The notes under the pieces are model-generated. The model had not been told where the DNA came from, ran no database searches, and worked only from the letters and a program-made list of their open reading frames with translations. A DNA stretch of 64,000 bases from Perna viridis (Eukaryota): NCBI GenBank assembly GCA_037379345.1, contig CM074513.1:57019195-57083194 (forward strand), given 5' to 3'. This document shows, piece after piece, positions 42,501 to 57,500 of this stretch (positions within the stretch are counted from its first letter, which is position 1; each line of letters opens with the position of its first letter). The position numbers and the translations under genes are program-made.

Positions 42501-45500
42501 TAACAGAAAAAAAAATTTACATTTAAAAAAATCTTCATAATTTTCACACAGGTAAATAGCATGAGTTTCTGATTTGAAACACAAAACATTCCAATTAAAA
42601 ATGATTACTATTAAGTTCATTCTTTGCAATCTATTTGTGGGAACTTAATACTGTACTACAGTGTTTAAGATATGATAAGGATACATCTAAAATTGTTGGT
42701 ATCTACAGCATGGCACCAATTTGGTACATCTCTATTCAATGGAATCTGGAAAGGAAAAGAACATGCCACTACAGGTATATAGAGTATACATTCTCCTCTG
42801 GTTATAGTGATCCTTAAAGAAATTTGAAGCAATTAGGATAATGAGAATCCTGACATGCCAGTGGCATGTAAAATACAATAGTTTTTATATTAACTTTGAT
42901 GGCAAAGGAATCATATGTACTCTAACTTTAAAAAATACAATTCTCTACCGAATAACTCATGTTGCAGTCTTAAAAGATAATTTACACAGGTAATTTGGAG
43001 TTGCAAGTATAGCTAAAGAGAGAACACTTTTTTTTTCTAAATGGCTTAAAATATTGAACTGATGTTTTGTGTGTAGGTTTATATTAAGTAGCACACCAGC
43101 TAAGAATCATGAAAAATGTGATTTATGGGTAAAAAGCATACATATTTTTATTTTTTGATATTTTGTTTGAATTGCCTTAGTAAACAGAAATTAGCAATCA
43201 GTTTTTTATATAACTGGTGTTCTTAGGAGATAAAAATTATATAGAATGCACTGTAGATTTCAAAATTAAGAGAGATAACTCTGTAAATGACATCCAAATA
43301 CAATAGAATCTATTGGATTTTCAATGTTGATTATCTCCTAAGAGCAGGCAGATTTGAATGAATAATTACACATTTCATGATATAGACCCATAATACAACT
43401 TAATTACCAAAATAAAAATATGTAGCCTTTTTTGGGGTGTATCACATTTTTCAGATTATGCATGATTCTAACAGACAGTTACTTAATAAGTTACACACTG
43501 AAGGTTGAGTTCTGTTTATTACTTTAGGCAAGTGTAGACACAATATTAGTTTTTGACACACTTAAGCATAGGGACTTACAGTTCATTATGGACACAACTG
43601 GTTTAGACACATTATAGCACAAAATTTGAAATTCAATATAAGGTGAAAAAAGCGTTGCTTTAAGAGAGTAATCAAGGGAACCAAGGTTATAGCAAGAATG
43701 TAATCCAGGGACAAAGACCAGACATTGAAAACAGACATACACGACAAAGAACATAAAGTAACAAAAATTATACATACAAAGTAACAAAAGCAAATGACAA
43801 CTTGGACTCCAATAAAAAATTGGGTAAGCGTCCTCTGCTTTTATAGAGGGTGCTAATTAAAGATGTTTGCCTTAAATCCCTGTAAGTGATTTTCATGAGG
43901 AAACCGATAAAAAAAAAATTTCAAAATCTGACCAAAAATAAAAACATTTTTTGGGAGTGGCCTCTTTGACCCTTTATAACTCAAAAACCATAAGAGATAT
44001 CTGAATTCTGATTGAAAAATGCAAGCAGGGAAAATCATAAGGATTCCAATAATACAAAATCTGACCAAAAATAAAAAAGTTCAAGTTTTTTAAAGTTAAG
44101 TCTACCCTGTAAAAAAACACTGAATCATTATAATCAGATGAACAATTTTCCCTTTATTTTCAAAATGGGGTGGGGCAAAAAACTAAAAAAACTATAGGGC
44201 CCTCTCCCATGTCCCCCAGAACAATTTAAAAAAAATGGATAAGTTTTACTCAAGTTATCATTACAATGTATATGATAATGAAAGTTAACAAATGTTAACA
44301 ATGATAGATGCCCATGACGATAACAGGATGATACAATTATACAACCGAAAAAAAAAAGTTTGTGGTCATATAAAAAGTCCAGAAAACTAGTCATAATGGA
44401 AGGATGGAATGACCACAGACAGGGGCATTAAAATGAGCTTGAATTACTTACAATTTTAGCAGTTCTCTTGCTTGCATCCCTCAGACCAGGAATCCTAGAT
44501 AAAGGATTATCAGCATTCTTAGCACCTTTCTTCTTCTTATCTCCAGCAGCTGACTCCTCTGGAACATTAATCATACCCATATCAATAAGATGATACATTT
44601 ATTATGATATACATAACTCTCTTTATAAGACACTAAAATTTCAAGTACCAATATTCATAAAAAAAATTATATTCAATCCATAATAGTAATAATACAACTT
44701 TATACTAATAAGATATCAAATGACTTGGAACTGTATAAGTGATGATACAGAAATCATTTGAAATTATTATAAAAACTTGAAAACATTTCTTTGAAGATGA
44801 ATCTATTACATTTGTAACCAAACCTGAAAACGACTAAAGGGTAAAGTAGAAACAAATAGTAAAAAAATCAGTTATGTGTACTGCTGCAATTCATAGAGAA
44901 AGGCAGATCAATGCTATCAGTGTTTTCCCAGTAACTACAGACATCAAAACATCTATACTAATACTTCATGGAATAAAATTCATTATGTCACCTCAGTTGA
45001 TGAATAATGAACAAACCTTTAAATATTACATAATCTTACACAGACTTGAGAACAATACAAACATGGAAAACAATGCTGTTAGTTTGTTACTCTTACAAGG
45101 AAAGCAATGAAATATTTGCATCATTGTTACAAATTCCCAAGGTTAGTAACATCTCATATACAGCTCATTCTATCTTTTTGTTTGTTTATAACAGATATAT
45201 CCTAAGAAACTATAATAAATGCCACTCAGTACAACTAAACAACAACAGCTGTGCAACATCTGTGCCTTAAACTGAACTAAAACTACTTTGACAGTAAATA
45301 ATTGTGTAATGATTTTACTGTGCTTTATGTGGTAAAAAAGAAAAAAAAAATCTATTTTAAACAAAGCAAATTTGTGAAAGGTAATTTTTTAACCAAATAT
45401 TGGCAGTTGTATTTGTGTTTTCCAATCAAAGCGAAAGTCAATAATAACATATAATCTGATCATCATTCTGACAGAACAAGGAAGTAAAAATGTCAGATGT

Positions 45501-48500
45501 AATAACTGAAACCATTCTTTTAAAATAACCAAGATTTAAACCCAATACTCTGAAGGAGAAAATGAACTAATAGAGGATAAATACAACAGATCCGTTGGTT
45601 GTGCACTCATACTAACGGCTTGACATCCTGCCATTTTGTATTGACTTGGAAGATAGCTGTTTATTCAGAGCAGATATTCTGCCAACAGAGGACTGTTTAT
45701 TCAAAGCAGACATTCTGCCCATAGAAGGTTGTTTATTTAAAGATGAGAATCTGCCAGAAGATGGCTGTTTATTCAGAACAGAAGTACGTCCATTCATGAC
45801 TGATCTCCTTGATGTCTGTCTATTGAATGATGCCTGCTTTGTGAATAACCTAGGCATACTCTTGCCCATCACTGATAAGTTTCCTAAACGATCAAATCTT
45901 ATTTTTTATTTGGTGGTATTAACTAACCTAGTGATATTGTATGAAATATATTATTATATACAAATAGTTAATGATTTCCATCCAAATCTAATGAAAATCA
46001 TGCAACTATAACAAAGCTGCATATACGAAGAAAATGATTCAAATTCTAATGAATTCCCTTGTCAAGAACGGAAAACAAGGAAATATTGCTGCCTGTCCAT
46101 ACAAAATTTAAATAGCCCAATAGAATGTCCTAAAATTCTGGAAATATCAGGAAAAATCCAAATGATGTGAAAATTCAATGCACAATTTTCAATTTTGGTC
46201 TTTCAGTAATTGATTCCTTACTTGTACTGTTCATGAGTTACTCAAAATTTCATGTCAAAATGGAGTCAACTTCAATCAAATTTGATAAAAAAAAACTTTA
46301 AAATCTTATTTCAAATTAACATCAATCAACAAAAACATTAAATTACAAAATGTATAAAAACAACTTTCTGAAACAAAATACAAGTTAATCATACTTTTAG
46401 GTGGAACTGCTCTACTACCAGTACCAGCAGACCCAATACTTGCTGTTGAATAGGATATAATGGTCAAAATATTATCTAGAAGAGGCAGTATGAGGATGGA
46501 ATATTTTGTTTTAGCAATTATTTCATGTTGCAAGTAAGGGAAACACATTTAAGATTAGATTAAAGATGATAACATTTTCTCCTACTTGTCTCTATTTAGA
46601 TATTGATATGAGATTTAGTGCAGCCAGTCATATTCTGGTAAACATATCATGTACTACTACAAATGATATATCATAAATAAAAAAATGCTTGATTTTGTTT
46701 ACAGTTTCTGACTATGTATGACTCAATTTAATGACATAATTAAGATATACAATTTTCACATCATGATAATCTCCCTTTAAGAAAAAAAAGTGAAATAATT
46801 TGTGACTTTACATAATGTATTTGGTATTTTATTGACAAGTAAAGCATTTTAAATGATATTATATGGTTTGATCTGTTGGTATTTCATAATTATTTTTTAT
46901 TCCATGATAGGAGATAATGTACTGAGTAATTTTAATATTAACCCTCATTACTAAATTATCTGATTCAGTTTTCCCACTTCACAGGTTATAAAGAAGTAAA
47001 ATAAAATACCATCCTCAGCAACATCCCTTATCAGTCAGACTAGATGAAAGCAATCATTAATGATAGTTCTGGCTCAACAATAATTTAACTGTGTAAATGA
47101 TGAAAACGTACTGATGTGACTATTGTAGGAAATACAATGGATTGTAGTATAGCAATCAATTAATTACAGTAAGATGGAACAGGGTAAACTAAGAAGTTGT
47201 TCTCAGAAAAAGGCTGGAAGATAATTTCTAAAATAAAGAAAATCACAAACAAAAAATTAGTGTTTTTTGTTTTGCCTATAGAATAACCGATACCAGTCTT
47301 AAAAGCATAAACAATCCATGAACTGGTAAATTAATCCACTAATATAACTAGTACTAGCAGTGGGTACTTTAAGTTAAAATCTGAATGGATTCTGTATTAT
47401 CTAAATTTGTCATTATTTAAGTATAAAGAAAACAAGAGATTAATCTACTTAGAGATCCAGAACTATCTAACAATAAAATACACTACATAACAGGGTGAGT
47501 AACACAAGGAGTCACAACCTACCCTCTGTGCCTGTCAGAAAATTCAATTCAATCAATATCTTTTCTATTGTATTTCAGAGAAAGGTACTAGTAGAAATTC
47601 TTATAATAATATTTTATCTTTTCATTATAGTTCCTTTGTTGAACTGAGACTTGTTTAAAATTAAGAACAAATTTAAATATGAATTAAAGTTATAGAAATG
47701 AAAGATAAATATTTAGCCTGTAAACGGTATAATAAGCTGTGCATAAATGTGAGAGTGAGTCAGTTTAGTACCATGCTTTGATCAGTTGTCAGTTAAATGT
47801 CATACTTAATAGACTGATTCCAAACAATTCAGTATTAATACCTGGCTGTACTTCCTCCTTGTAGTTCCTATGACCAAACATCTGCAGAGAAAAGTCTCGA
47901 GAAATTGAAATGATATTGTCCAGTTGTAGAAACTGCAGTGCTTCCAGTGGCATCTGCATCAGCATTGGGTCAGCCAGTAGAACAACACATTCAGTGCTAG
48001 GTGGGGGTTCCATTGAGGTCTTCTGATTAGGATTACTGGCTGGGGTCATTGCTTCTGGACTAGAAGTAAATATCATCCAGTTCACTTTATTGGAAAGTTT
48101 TACCATATCAATACTTAAATTTGTCTCGACAAAGAGTACTAAATAAGATTATTTATAAAAAAATCCAAATGCTTCTTTCACATGGAAATTTCTAACGTAA
48201 ATTTTCACATTTCAGGTCACTGTATCATCTGCAGTAATAATTCTTTTTAGAATATGACCTGTGACATTGAGTTAGCATGTTGGGCTTTGACAGTGATGTG
48301 GGTAGTGTCATAAGGGAATGGATTCATATTTTATTAAAATCTTAAACATAAAGTTTGTTACAGGAAGCTGCATTATAGTTGCCAGACTATTACTGGATTA
48401 TACTTACAAGAGCAGGACATGCTTACCCTTCCAAAGAACCTGATGTTCACTAGTGCTTAGTTATTTTTGTGTTACATCTTATATTCCTTATTTTAATTGT

Positions 48501-51500
48501 AATCTATTTTATTTGGTTCGATACATAGTGTATGTAGATCATCTTTATTTCCTGATTTCACGTTCGGATCATGTATTTAGATTTTGAATTGTCCTATTGA
48601 TGCTTCATTATATTTAGAAGAGATCAAATCCAAAACATTGAAAATCACAAAAAAAAACCATTTATCCAGCTTTCCATCAAATTTATTTGATACCCAATAC
48701 ATGTACCTGGTACACCACAATACATGTATAATGAAAACTAGTATATATCCTCAACCTTGTGCAACATTAAACTCTAGAAGAATGATGTCTGTGACCAGTG
48801 CATGATCACAATCTAATCTAATCACAAAACACTTAATGACTTGCCCAGCTAGATGATGAATGGCATTGACTTGTCTAAATAAAAATTGACTTCCATGTAA
48901 ATTATTCAAAGGTGGACCACTAAATTGATTACTAACCTTCATTTCAGGTCTTTCTTTGAAATTATTTTTGAAAAAAAATGAACTAGTCTACAAGTATCTA
49001 AAAACACCAGCTTATGATAATGATTTAAAGATCAAGCACATTTACAGAATTTCTTTTAACAAACTTAAAAATGTTAAAATGTAAATCGAATGAAAGGATA
49101 AGAAATGTAATTCTAGTTTGTCTTCACCACATGTATAATTGTATGTAATACAAAATGTCAAAATTATATGAACTAAAAAGTTTAAAAGATCCCAAAAAGT
49201 TTTTCTGAACCTTTCCTATTAATGTCACAACACAGCTTAACAAACTGTACCTAAGGGTTCCTGTAAGTTGAGCAGTTATTGGTTTGAGATATGCCTCCAT
49301 ATCATTAAGAAGTTCTTTAAACTCTTCCTGAAGTCTGGCTTCTTCCTCTGCATCCTCTTCATCATAGATTGGACCCTAAAATTGAAAACATAATTCAACT
49401 TGATTACAAAAGAAAATTAAAAAAAAACAAGATTTTACATGCTTTAAATATAAAGTGTGTCAATTGACCTTTTACAGTAGTAAAAAAAATCAGTATCCAA
49501 CTAGAAGATTATTAAGACCAACTCCACAACAACACCTACCCTTGTACAGGACCAATAAACAGCACCTACCTGTGTACACAACAAATAAACAACACCTTAC
49601 CATGTACTTGACCAATAAACAGCACTTACCCCTGTACACAACCAATAAACAACACTTACCCATGTACACAACCAATAAAAAAACACCTAATGGTGTACAC
49701 TACAAGTAAACAGCAACTTCCCCTGTACACGACCAACAAACAATACCTACTCGTGTATATGACCAATAAACAGCACCTACCCATGTACACAACCAATAAA
49801 CAACACCTACCCGTGTACATGACCAATAAACAGCACCTATCCGTGTACACAACCAATAAACAACACCTACCAGTGTACATAACCAATAAACAAAACACCT
49901 AATGGTATACATGACAAATAAACAGCATCTACCCATGTACATGACAAATAAACAACACCTACTTGTGAACACAATCAAAAGAAAATTAAAAAAAAACAAG
50001 ATTTTACATGCTTTAAATATAAAGTGTGTCAATTGACCTTTTACAGTAGTAAAAAAATCAGTATCCAACTAGAAGATTATTATGACCAACTCCACAACAC
50101 CTACCCTTGTACAGGACCAATAAACAGCACAACAAATAAACAACACTTTACCATGTACTTGACCAATAAACAGCACTTACCCCTGTACACAACCAATAAA
50201 CAACACCTACCCGTGTACACAACTGATAAAAAACACCTAACGGTGTACACGACAAGTAAACAGCAATTATCCCTGTACACGACCAATAAACAATACCTAC
50301 CCATGTACGTGACCAATAAACAGCACCTATCCGTGTACACAACTAATAAACAACACCTACCCATGTACACAACCAATAAACAAAGCACCTAATGGTATAT
50401 ATGACAAATAAACAGCATCTACCTGTGTACATGACCAATAAACAAAACCTACCTTGAAAATGACCAATAAACAGCACCTACCCGTGTACACGACCAATAA
50501 ACAACACCTACCCATGTACATGACCAATAAACAACACCTACCTATATACATGACCAATAATCAACACCTACATGTGAACACAATCAATAAACAATACCTT
50601 GCCATGTACACAATCAATAACCAACACCTCTCCGTGTACACGACCAATAATCAACACGTCTCTGTGTACACAATCAATAAACAGCATCTACCCATGTATA
50701 GGTTACAGACCACCAATTCAACCAATGAGCATTTGGAACATACGCAAAAATAGTCCTACGCAGAAATTACCCCTGTTCCTCATGGTGCTGTGAAAAAAGT
50801 TCTCATCTTATTTTAAAAATTTAAACAGTTTCTGAAAGGAAAAACATTTCTGTACATTTTATAGGTGCATTTTGCTTCTTGTGATGTGAAGCCTAATCTC
50901 CATAATGATTTTTAAATATACCCCTATCTTGTGAAAACACTGGGATTTCCCATGCTATTTATAGACCCTTCACTTCCGGTGACCAGTACTGCACTGCAAG
51001 TTTGCTAACCCCACATGCCATTCTGAGGATTGTGAGCTGACATATGTAGAATCATGCTGATATATAGTCCTCTGCAGGTTAAAGTTAAGGTAAAGTCCAG
51101 AGAAGCCATTGAATATTGTGAAATTAGCATAGAAGCCTATGGAAAGTGGAATTAGTGGTTTTTAGCCTATATGACCAATAAACAACACGTACCTTGAAAA
51201 CGACCAATAAACAGCACCTTCCCTTGTACACGACCAATAAACAACACCTACCCATGTACACGACCAATAATCAACACCTCCCTGTGTACACAATCAATAA
51301 ACAACATCTTCTCGTGTACACAATCAATAAACAACACCTTCCCATGTACACAATCAATAAACAACACCTACCCGTGTACTTTTCTTCAGACTTTCATCCA
51401 GATTTTCCAACATTTTCTGTCTCATCATAGCTTGAGCTCTTTGATACTCTTGTTTCAATAATAACTGCTGTACACTCTGTTTGTGGTCAGCAAACTTCAC

Positions 51501-54500
51501 TAAAAGTTCATCTAGAAGTTGTGGACTAGTTTCTACTCCATAAACTTTAGCTCTACTTGGGGCTGGAATAAAGGTTTAAATAGTTCTGTATGAAGACCTG
51601 ACTGTAGAGACAAATAATTATCTTTAAGTTTACACATTATGAAGATTTGAATATTGAATTCAATAAAGATTATCTGTAGTTTGCAACATATAGTAGAAAA
51701 GTTTATCTAAAATTTAGCAAATCAAATCTGCATCAAATACTCAACATATTGAAATCAGCCATTCCAGTAGACCTAGTAACCACTTCCTGAATCCTGTGTA
51801 TCACTCTACAGGACACTGCCACACAGTGGTGGAATTTACACAGCCAAATCAAAACATTTTATGACCATACATTGTACACAAACTACAAAATGGCCTCAAA
51901 TAGTTTAAACAAGTAACAGTTCTATGAATAGTCTATTTACCAGGTGTAGTCTGAGTTTTAGGATTTTTACCACCCCCAGCCTGTGGCTTAGGTTTGTCCA
52001 GTAATGCACCATACAAGTAAGATCTATCAATAAACAGAACACAACATGTTACAGACAGTTTTATGGATTCTTAATTCAATATATAAGAAGAAATTCAAGT
52101 ATTTAACTAAGATTTCCTTTAAAAAAAAGTGCACCTATAAGTATAGACATGCTTCTATATGTAAGGAATGTAACTAATATCTGAATATATATCTTGTACA
52201 AAGAACTTTCGTTCGATTTACGCATAACATAAACTGCTTTGTGGTTGAATTTAAGTAAATCAAACCAAAGTTCTTTATACAAGATAACATATTCAGACAT
52301 TAGTTACATTCCTTATAACTTAATATTTTGGCAAAAACTCATATTGATTTATTCCAATACACAAGTATTATTTCAGACAGGATTATTTCCTTGGTAAAAG
52401 AAGTCCAGTTAAAAGGGGGTGGTTTAAAGCTCATGACCTTGGTTTACTGATCAGGTCATTTTGTGTCCAAGATAGAATAAAAATGATGACATCTTTTCTA
52501 AAAGTAAAAATGGTTATATTAAATTAAATTCATATACAATTCCAATCTCATATACATCTTTTGCTGATTGGTCTTGTGTCTGTATCTAGGTCAAAATCGT
52601 ATAAACTATGTTTACTTTGTATAAAATTCCCTAGTTTGTAAGTGAATCAGTGTTAACTTGATCAATTGACCAAAAGAGTTTAATACTACAGTGAAACTTG
52701 TCTACATTGAATCCTTCAGACTAAAACTTCAATCTGGGCAAGTGTTTGGTACATTGACTTGAAAGGGACATCAGAAAATGTCTGGTTACTGGGGGTTTGG
52801 TATAGATAGGTGTCACTGTAATAGTGACGTTTGTATACAAATCACATGTATTTGATACCCTCCCTTAATATAAAAAATAATTCCTGAAAAGCTAATTAAC
52901 CTGTCAGGACTGTGTTGAAGAATGATAAAATTGAAGTTTGATGGGAATTCCTTCAATATTTCCAAGTGGTTAGGCTGTATAACCAATCTTTTCCAGGCCT
53001 GAAAACAATACATATTGATAATTAATATTTTTCCTTCTAACTCGTGAGTCTATCTTGTATGTGGTTCTGGTGTCTAAATATACAGGCTTAGCAATTTTGC
53101 TAAATTTTTTTTATTAAATATTTTAGTTTTGTGTCTTTATTATTGATCAAAAAATGTTGAATGTGGTCCTTTACACAAGCTAGATTGTCAATTGAATTAC
53201 CTCCCTTTACCATGAAGTCTGAGTTTGGAAAAGCAATTTTATTCAAAATACAACATTTAAGAATCTAAATTAACATGAAAAATTTTCAGACAAACTACTC
53301 ACCTGCCAATTGTCATCCAATGACTTTTGGACTGTTGCCATCAATGATCCAGACGATAGGTTTCCTGAGAGATCATGGTCTATCAAATCGTCTCTCTGGT
53401 GTAATAAAGCTGCTAACTTAGAAGTTCTAGGATCTACTTGGGCTTTGTTCAACAATGATCTTAAGGTCTGTGAGGCTGAACAACTCTGTGTACAAAAATT
53501 ATAGAAAATTTAAATCAATCAATTACTAACCTCTGCATGGCATTTTTTGTATGATGAAACACATCATAAGATAAGTAAATCATTTGAAAGTACCAGATAA
53601 GCTTGTGTTCAAGGAAATGTTTGCTGAAGCTTGTAAGTTTACATTTGTTCATATTCAAATAACAAGCTTTTCTTCCTAATATTTAAAAAGAGAAAATATA
53701 TAGAAACAAAATACCATGCATTTAGTTTGACATAAATATACATACTAGAATACAAAAACAAATTAAGGTATAAAGGTAAATTTTTTACCTGGAAAAGAGC
53801 CAAGAACTGGCTAGCAGACTGAGGGTCATATTGTCCATAACAATCAACTAACTCCAAAGCAGTAGTTCCAGCAATATCCTACATGAAAATACATGTACAA
53901 TTATTTTAATTTCCACTGCCTTCCATTAATAAGTATTAAAACTCCAGCTAGTATATCATAAGAATCATCACTTTGTTGTTTTTACTTTTCAATGATCTAA
54001 AGATCTTTCCAACTGCATTACAAGAGGTATGTTGACAATAACCATGACAACAATATTAAAAATTGTGTTGTTTAATTAAATGGACAGATCAAGACATACC
54101 ACAAAGCCTTTCTGTAGAGCCAGGTTAAGAACTTGTACCAAACATTCAGAAGCCTGTAATAGGTAATGTCTGCTTACTTCATCTTGATCCTAAAAATCAA
54201 ATAAACATTATGCTACAAGTTTCTACAAAAAAATCCCCTACTGCTTCAAATTGCAGAATTTATCAAATGCTATACTCTAATAACTCCAATTAAATGCAGA
54301 GTTATTGGGTTAAAATACCTGGTATATAGTTTAAGCTTGGAAAATAAGGCTTTCAAAATTATAATTCTAATGGTACAATGATAGCAGAAGTTTCTCACAA
54401 AATTTATTTGAATAAACAATAATGAAAATCCACATTTTTACTTTCTCTGCTATCTGACAATATGGAGGCAAATTACTCACACATGTAAACAATACTCATA

Positions 54501-57500
54501 CATTTTTGTAGTAAATTACAAATATGATTTTAAAGTACACATTCTCAGCATTATATTGACCACTTCTGGTCAACATACATAGTATGCACTAACAATGCAT
54601 ATATCTAGGTTCAGTGTCTTTTTGGTACAACAAAATGTGGCCATTTGACCCGGTAGTGGTAAGACCGCAGCTGTGTGCACCTTCACATGTAAATTTCAAC
54701 AAAAGGAAAATATCCTTGATAACACTATATTAGAGAGCAAAAGCAGTGACTATGCAAAACCCAAGTATATATGTAGTTACCTTCATATCTCTAATCTGTT
54801 TGGAGTACCTGATGTAGTTTTTAGAAGTCTCCTCAACTTCTGATTTTTCCTCTTGCCCTTCTTCCTCCACAGAGTCTGATACTTTCTCCAACTCCTATCA
54901 AAGTAAACAGCATATCATAGTACATACAAAACATTTGAGTTGCCATAAATGCGAAAAAATAAATACTCATTCCATCCACAAATGTAAATATACAAAATAG
55001 ATACTTAAGAAGAATGACTTCTTTGTTCATGCTACAAAATTCTTTAAGGGAGCAATAGAATAAGAAACCATTTGTATACCTACAAATCCTTATAACATGA
55101 AGTAGTGACAAAGTACTGACCATTTCATGAACAAGCCATTGAGTTGGAGGATCAGGACTGATGAAGTTAGAGTAAGCTCTTAATGTTTGTCCAAGACAGC
55201 ATAATGCCTGAAATGTAATAGAAAGATAAAAGAAATACTGGCAGTCTTCTTTTTCAGATCTAGCAATGCAACACTTTAATTATTTTCGTTACAGTCCATA
55301 TAAAATTCAGACACTGCCTATGGGAAGGTAATTCATGGTGTACAAAAACCCACTGAACAAACTATGCTATTTTTGGTCTACATTTGATATATTTTTATGT
55401 GACAATAGTCCTTTTGGATCTGTACTTTTGAGAAAATCACACTTAAACCTCCCACTAAAATCAACCAAATCAAACCAAATCAAGAACAATAACAATGTCA
55501 TAAAATCAACCCTTAAAAATTATAAATTAATATTAAAAAAGATTAACAAACTAATATATTTAATGCTCACATAAATAAACAGATAAAATTACACAAAAAG
55601 CTCAAAGACTGCAGATATTATTAGGTTCAGTGTTGTTAGAAAGGAGAATGGCATTCATATTGAAGTTAATATGAAATACATACCCTTGCTCTTAATTTAG
55701 GAACACTTATACCCAGATTGTGAGCATCAACAAACTTAAGAATGGCATCATCACCTACAATCCTGAAAAAGACAAAACCATAAGTGAGACAGTTAGGACT
55801 AAGTTTTTATCAAAGGAATAGAACATCAGAATTGTTAACAAGTTACAAACATGAAGTTGCATGCTAGGTATACCCCCAATCATTTGGCCCAATACCTCTT
55901 ATGAACTTTGATCTGAGTCAGTAAAGTAGTACTGGACAGACAATAAATCCCAACTGATACCTGAATATCGTGCAAGAATATCAGTTAAATTAATTACTCA
56001 GAGTGAAGTGTATAAGAGAATTTAAAATCTTTAAAATGCTTGACAAAAAGTGGGATAAAATAAAATTTATACACAAAAGAATTATTTTAGATGCAAACCA
56101 AGTGCCAGTTTCAGGGATTATTTTGGTGTTCCAGAGAACATAAAGGCATAACCTCGGGTTTGGAGATTAGCAGAAAAATGAATTACACTTCGTCCTCCAA
56201 TATTTCAAATGGCATGTCCTTGGTATATACCAGTGCATTTTAGTGGTCCCTTATACCCAAATGTATGATATGGTCCAAGCTACAGCCAAAAATGTTTGTG
56301 CAAAAATGTATGGAACCCTATGGAATCAATAATTAAAGGGCTGTGGCTATATGTCAGTCTCACAAAACAGGATATTGAACATCAACCAAAATAGCTTACA
56401 AAGTCTATAAAAAGTCACAAACCAAATTTGAGATCAATCAATTGGAGGCCAAGATTTTGGTGATGAAAATTTTTCTCTATCATTCCATATGGTGTAAAAT
56501 GGAAAAGTAAAAAAAACAGTTACCGTAGTTGATATTGAACAGCAACCAAAATTATTACAGTGTATGCCCATTTACATAAAGTCATATACAAAATTTGAAA
56601 TCATTCCACTTAATGGGAGTTGAGATAATTGTGACAAAATTTGGATGGACAGGGACATTGCAATATATCAGCAACAAGTTCAGTGGCATTACAATTTGAA
56701 GTCAATCCATTCTTTGAAATCAAAATAATTACAACAAAATTCAGAGAGATGGAATGACGACCAAGGTGACTCCAATATATTACCTCTCCATTAAGTGGGT
56801 TTATAATATTTTTGCAATATACTACCTCTTCATTAGGTGGGGTTATAATATTTCTGTAATATACTACCGCTTCATTAAATAGGGTTATAATACGACCAAG
56901 GTGACTCCAATAAACAACCTCGTCATTAAGTTGGGTTATAATATTTCTGTAATATACTACATCTTCATTAAATGGGGTTATAATATGTCTGTAATATACT
57001 ACCTCTTCATTAAGTGGGGTTATTATACGACTAAGGTGACTCCTATGTACTACCTCTTCATTTAGTGGGGTTATAATAATTCTGTAATATACTACCTCTT
57101 CATTAAGTGGGGTTATAATACGACCAAGGTGACTCCAATATACGACCTCTTCATTATGTGGGGTTATAATATGACCAAGGTGACTCCAATATATGACCTC
57201 TTCATTAAGTGGGGTTATAATATGACCAAGGTGACTCCTATATACGACCTCTTCATTAAGTGGGGTTATAATATTTCTGTAATATATGACCTCTTCATTA
57301 AGTGGGGTTATAATATTTCTGTAATATACTATCTCTTCATTAAGTGGGGTTATAATATTTCTTTAATATACTACCTCTTCATTAAGTGGGATTATAATAT
57401 TTCTGTAATATATTACCTTGTCATTAAGTGAGGTTATACTACCTCATTAAGTGGGGTTATAAAATTTCTGTAATATATTACCTTGTCATTAAGTGAGATT

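Noticed and set aside
49455-51430. ORFs of KQHLPVYTTN / Cys-rich RCCLLVVY repeats
   Set aside because: Translations of a 30-bp intronic minisatellite; open on both strands, no splice support.
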